Assembly (NCBI GenBank): GCA_003539625.1 | Contig: DPOU01000009.1 | Coordinates: 45,143-109,142, forward strand | Origin: Acholeplasmatales bacterium | GTDB taxonomy: Bacteria; Bacillota_I; Bacilli_A; ML615J-28; CAG-313 | Length of the DNA: 64,000 nt | Direction of reading: 5' to 3' | Shown here: in pieces, positions 59,635 through 64,000 of the stretch | Position numbering within the stretch: position 1 is the first letter of the stretch | Layout: every line of letters begins with the position of its first letter | Program-made: the position numbers and the translations under genes | Notes under the pieces: model-generated | Seen by the model: only the letters and a program-made list of their open reading frames with translations | Database searches by the model: none | Told to the model about the DNA's origin: nothing

Positions 59635-60961
59635 AGTAATGGTATACCTTTTGTTTTGTAATCATAAAGAATAATGAAATTGCTGTCGCAAAAACCTCTG
59701 CTACACAAATTGCAAGCCATATTCCATCAACGCTAATAATTAAAGGTAGCATTATCACTGATCCAAGTTGAAAAACTAATGTTCTTAAGAAAGCAATTAA
59801 TGCAGAAATAGCTCCATTGTTAAGTGCTGTGAAGAAACTTGAGCTAAATATATTAAATCCTGTTAAGATAAATGCAAATGAGAAAATTCTAAATGCATGT
59901 ACAGTTAAAACATACAAGTTTTGATCATAGCCAACAAATATCTTAGCAAGTGTTCCTGCTAATAATTGTGCTATTATTGATAATGTTATACCAGAAGTAA
60001 ACATAATGGCTATACTTTTCTTACGAACATTTTTTAATTCATCATAATTTGCAGCCCCGTAATTGTAACCAACGATTGGAGCAGTACCGATTGAATAACC
60101 AATAAATATAGCAACAAAAACAAATTGCACATACATTAAAACACCGTATGTGGCAACACCATCTTCGCCTATATACTTCATTAATTGAAGGTTATAAACC
60201 ATTCCTACAATTGATGAAGAAACATTAGACATCAATTCCGATGAACCATTTGCGCAAGCAGCCAATAATTCTTTAATCGATAACTTAGTTTTAACCAATT
60301 TTAGTAAACTATCATTTGGGAAAATGAAATATATTAGTGGAATCAATCCACCTACAACTTGACCAATACCTGTTGCTACAGCTGCACCCGCAAGACCAAA
60401 GTTAAATACCGCAACAAATAAATAGTCTAATACAGCATTAGTGGTACCTGCCGCAATCGTTACAATTAGTCCAATTTTAGGTTTTTCGGCAGTAGCTAAA
60501 AAGCTTTGAAAAACGTTTTGTAACATAAATAAAGCCGTAAAGCTTGTAACAATTCTACCATATAACACACAGTTATCAATCATTTCATCAGATGCTCCAA
60601 GCAAATATGAAACTGGTCTAATAAAGATAATACCTATAATACTTAATATTAATCCCAATATTGTCGTAAATACTATCATCATAGAAAATATTTTATTTGC
60701 TTTTTCATTTTCTTTTTGACCTAGGGTTTTTGATACTAAAGCACTGCCACCAGTACCAATCATAAATCCCATACCACCCAATATCATTATAAAAGGCATA
60801 ACTAAATTTAGTGATGAAAAAGCCGATTTTCCTACATAATTAGAAACAAAGAATCCATCTATTACCCCATATATTGATATTATTATCATCATAATTATTG
60901 ATGGAAATACAAATTTTAACAGTCTCTTTAATGTAAAGTGATCTGACAATTTTATTCGCAT
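59633..60961 (-). CDS. MATE family efflux transporter
   Basis: 442 aa and 12 TM segments, with a typical MATE N-terminus (LLKFVFPSIIMMII...YGVIDGFFV). Confidence 0.85.
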   Translation of the reverse strand: MRIKLSDHFTLKRLLKFVFPSIIMMIIISIYGVIDGFFVSNYVGKSAFSSLNLVMPFIMILGGMGFMIGTGGSALVSKTLGQKENEKANKIFSMMIVFTTILGLILSIIGIIFIRPVSYLLGASDEMIDNCVLYGRIVTSFTALFMLQNVFQSFLATAEKPKIGLIVTIAAGTTNAVLDYLFVAVFNFGLAGAAVATGIGQVVGGLIPLIYFIFPNDSLLKLVKTKLSIKELLAACANGSSELMSNVSSSIVGMVYNLQLMKYIGEDGVATYGVLMYVQFVFVAIFIGYSIGTAPIVGYNYGAANYDELKNVRKKSIAIMFTSGITLSIIAQLLAGTLAKIFVGYDQNLYVLTVHAFRIFSFAFILTGFNIFSSSFFTALNNGAISALIAFLRTLVFQLGSVIMLPLIISVDGIWLAICVAEVFATAISLFFMITKQKVYHY

Positions 60962-60994
60962 ATTCTTTCTCCTATAACTCTTGTTGTAATATTT

Positions 60995-61869
60995 TTATAA
61001 TTCTTTAAACTTTCCTGTTTTACATTGTATACTACGAAAGTTAGAATGTTTGACATTCAACAACTCATCCATTTCTTCTGCTAAACGTCTATACTTTGCA
61101 CCTGTGTGATGGACCAACATATAGTTCACTTTTTTAAGCTTCCCACTATAGAGATTACAAAAACTTCTTATCGGTGCTGAAATTGAAAATACCCAAATAG
61201 GTGAACAAATTGTTACTTCATCAAACTGGCTGAAGTCAATATCATTTTTTTTAATGGCATTCCCCAGCGATGCATTCCAAATCTACTACACCACCAAAAG
61301 CCTAAAATACCATCTACTTTTTTGGTAGTTTTTAATTCATATAATACTGCACCAGTTTTATTAGCTTCCTATAAAGCAATGGTTTTAGTATATCCCATTC
61401 TTGAAAAGTAAACAACTATTTTTTTTGGGTTAGTGCCAATATTATTATATTTTGAATAATCAATAACAAAGTGCTCTTGTTTCCAAAATATGATTGCATC
61501 ATAACCAATAACAGCTTGGCAGAAGCCAAAAATAAAATAAATTGTTGACATAAAATTGAATACAAATCCATAACATTAAGGTAACACCAAAAATTCCACC
61601 TAAAATAGCACCAATTTTCTTATTCAAAAATAAAAAGATAGATGCAACGATATTAGTAATTCCATTTACAATTAGAAGGGCAATACCGGAAAAAGTTAAA
61701 TCTTGAAATAAGATTTCTGAAAATATGAAAGCATTTGGTCCATCCCAAGAGCCTTTCCAGTAGGATCAATAAGCATACCAAGTGACCCAAACAATGCTCC
61801 AATCCCAATAAAGATGGTCCAAAAAATTAAAATTTTGCGTGTTTTGTTGTATCTTGAAGAGATTTTCAT
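60995..61869 (-). pseudogene. Disrupted gene for a membrane-anchored flavodoxin-family protein
   Basis: Hand translation gives three N-terminal fragments in three different frames: MKISSRYNKTRKILIFWTIFIGIGALFGSLGMLIDPTGK..., EILFQDLTFSGIALLIVNGITNIV... and MSTIYF...KKIVVYFSRMGYTKTIAL. After an in-frame TAG the last frame continues as EANKTGAVLYELKTTKKVDGILGFWWCSRFGMHRWGMPLKK. A further frame change at an A8 run leads to NDIDFSQFDEVTICSPIWVFSISAPIRSF.... Confidence 0.6.
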
Positions 61870-62073
61870 ATTTTTTCTTCATTTATATCTCATTTAAAAG
61901 CCCGGTTATTAATAACCGAGTCCTTTTTTATAATATAATACTATATTAAGTATAGCACAACATAAATAAAATAGCAAGTAAAAGCCCCACGAAGTTCATG
62001 AGGCAATTTCCCTATTCTTTTATTACTTTTAATAAAATTTATAAAATATTTTTACCTTTATCTCAACAATTTA

Positions 62074-63014
62074 TTATTCTACCCACTTGTTAATTGTATT
62101 TCTAACTCGTAAGTCAATATCAACACGAGTTGCAAGACATTCTTTTGAAAATTTCTTTGCGTCAGCAAAAGCTAATTTAACAAACAAATTATGACCAATT
62201 GGCAGCATCATTTTCATTAGGCTTTGAGGAAAAACAAAATGTGTACCATGTTCATAAGTATATACTTCTACAGTACAATCATGTTTCTTTTCATTTAATC
62301 TTTTTTCCATACGATGAATATATTTAGAAGTATCCCATAGTACATCATCATCGGCTCCGATAAGTAATAATTTACCTTTAATATTTTCTACTTTAATAAA
62401 TTCATCTTCTGTTATTGGATGAGCATTTTCAGAATCATCAAAAACTTTGCGAGAACATAGCATATTTTTAGTTCTCTTCGCTTCTTCTTTCATTACTTGG
62501 CCATAAATAGGATGTTGGTAGCATAAAGGCATATAAGGAAGAGGCTTACCACAATAGGTAAATAAAGATTCTCCCTCAATTGGTCACTCTGTATAACCAT
62601 CTTTTTTCCCTTGTTCAAAGCCTTGCCAAATGAAGTCACTTGGAGCCATTGCAATTGTAAGTGAAATTTCTGGGAAATATGATGCGGCAGTAAGTGCTAG
62701 TGTACCTGTTGTCGAAGCACCAACAATTCCTATTTTTTCAGTATTATGTGCTAAAAGCCATTTAATTGCATTTTCAATTTTTTCAATTGGATAGTTATGA
62801 TTGGATAGTTATGATGGCTATAATTCTTTTTACCAGGAGACATTGTTAATACGTTAATGCCTTTTTTTAATAACCATTTAACAGCGGACTTAGCCATATG
62901 ATCTTCTGGATCATCACCTAGCATGGCTATAATTGTATATTTACTAGGTATTTTATTTTCCCAGTATGCACCATAGAAGCCTGCTTTATCAACATCGAAA
63001 TGTATATGTTTCAT
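62074..63014 (-). pseudogene. Alpha/beta hydrolase (BAAT/acyl-CoA thioesterase C-terminal-like) disrupted by a 14-bp duplication
   Basis: ORFs 62751..63014 and 62074..62532, plus the untracked middle fragment (...IGIVGASTTGTLALTAASYF...), form one gene. Deleting one copy of the duplication leaves 927 nt, a single 308-codon frame. Confidence 0.7.
62786..62813. repeat. Perfect 14-bp tandem duplication
   Basis: attggatagttatg occurs twice back to back (62786..62799 and 62800..62813). Confidence 0.9.
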
Positions 63015-63189
63015 AAAATACCTTCTTTCATTTTATTATTTATCACTTCTTTTATTTTATTATAGCACCAATAAATAAAATTCCAATTAGTTAGCAATCA
63101 CTAACCTTTATATATTAAAGAAAGCGAATGATTAAATCACTCGCTTTGTTTGATAATTAATTTTTTCTTGGATTATGAATATTTGCTTG

Positions 63190-64000
63190 TGCTGTACCAA
63201 CTCGCGAGCGAGCGATTTATCGCCCGTTTGAGTGCTGTATTATATCGCTTGACTGTATGCAATATCTGTAATCTGCGACGACTCGCAGCTTGTTTTCGTA
63301 TTTATACTACGCAAGTAAATAACTTGTCTTGAGTAGTTATTTTTCTCCCCTTATGAATTTTTCAAATCCCTCAAATGTATACTCTGACAATGAGGTCTTC
63401 CCACTGATTGGGTCTTAACATTCCTTCTCTCTCTTTACGATATGTTTTTGCCTCGTTATAGTCTATCTTAAATGACCAAACCATTTTTTTCTTTTCATTC
63501 GGTTTCTCGATCAAATCGAAATCCATATACCACTCATAACAAGTTTCGCTTCGCGGAATAACGGTATCAACAAATTACGAGATTATATCTCTATCCACAT
63601 AATGCTCCGTAAAATCCATTTTTTGCAAAAGGAAATTCTGTATTTTTCCCTCTATGCTTTCACTGTCCGTTCCCGTTTCAACGCCTGCTTCAAATGCGAG
63701 TCTTTGTTGTACAATTTTTTCTCTGTCTTTTTCTATTTCAGATTTATATTCCAAAAATTCTTCTTTGGAAATTTCATCTTCCAATCGCATTCGAGTCAAA
63801 CGTTTCATCTTTTCATCCAATTTTGCGATGTCTTGATTTAACCTATCTTTTAGAGCATCCGTCTGTCTGCGCCCTTGCGCGTTCCATTCTTCAAACGAGA
63901 AACAGATGCTCGCGCTTGGTCTTTCAATGACGATCTGACACGCGTCGTGCAAGGCGATATGCGGATTGTTCGCTACAAATCGGTAAAAGGTTTTCAGTCC
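63190..64000. mobile_element. Edge of a probable integrative element (partial, continues beyond the window)
   Basis: Base composition visibly becomes GC-richer from about 63190 (ctcgcgagcgagcg, ctgcgacgactcgcag). A recombinase-like gene reads toward the junction. Pseudogenes flank it. The exact end is not defined. Confidence 0.4.
63371..64000 (-). pseudogene. C-terminal part of a large serine recombinase-like protein with an in-frame TAA (5' end outside the window)
   Basis: The coiled-coil segment LKDRLNQDIAKLDEKMKRLTRMRLEDEISKEEFLEYKSEIEKDREKI is typical of large serine recombinase C-termini. The reading frame continues in the same frame past the TAA at 63575..63577 (...DIIS*FVDTVIPRSE...) to a TGA at 63371. 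Confidence 0.35.

Noticed and set aside
63150-63332. 60-aa + strand ORF at the element edge
   Set aside because: It has no SD. It spans the compositional junction and GC palindromes, so it more likely represents element-end or att sequences than coding DNA.
1-64000. Alternative genetic code (TGA=Trp as in Mollicutes, or TAG reassignment), considered because of the AT-richness and in-frame TAG/TAA stops
   Set aside because: Conserved genes terminate at TGA (for example the yqfD-like gene at 1628..1630) and none needs TGA read-through. The in-frame TAG and TAA stops occur only in loci that also carry frameshifts or duplications.
1-64000. CRISPR arrays, rRNA or tRNA genes
   Set aside because: I saw no regularly spaced direct repeats and no GC-rich cloverleaf-like or rRNA-like segments. 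The only GC-richer non-coding patches are the rplU leader and the mobile-element edge.

Overview
AT-rich bacterial chromosome read with the standard genetic code: conserved genes end in TGA and none needs TGA read-through. Gene content and order look like a low-GC Bacillota lineage, possibly Erysipelotrichia-like. That is suggested by Bacillus-type synteny: rpsU-yqfC-yqfD, dnaG-sigA-trmK-nif3, plsY-parE-parC, cmk/rpsA-der-gpsA, spoIIM-xerD-deoB, dacB-spmA-spmB, mutS-mutL-miaA and rplU-prp-rpmA-obg. Most of the window is core housekeeping. Nearly all genes from 1 to 41.2 kb are on the + strand and all genes from 41.9 to 58.8 kb are on the - strand. They converge on a 700-bp AT-rich gap holding a 28-bp sequence that matches the Bacillus subtilis dif site at 26/28 positions, so the window very likely spans the replication terminus. 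The last ~3 kb (61-64 kb) is decaying accessory DNA. It holds a multiply disrupted membrane-flavodoxin gene, a hydrolase gene broken by a perfect 14-bp tandem duplication, and the GC-richer edge of a probable integrative element whose recombinase-like gene has an in-frame stop. Other points of interest are a four-copy family of hairpin repeats of about 56-65 nt (two form 5' leaders that supply the Shine-Dalgarno), a large repeat-rich surface lipoprotein split between two frames, a cmk-rpsA fusion, a degenerate Fic-like/PHP gene pair, and a GT8/acyltransferase/CrtO-like cluster. I found no rRNA, tRNA or CRISPR arrays. I found no convincing novel multi-gene system. The listed candidates are modest and need database or experimental checks.
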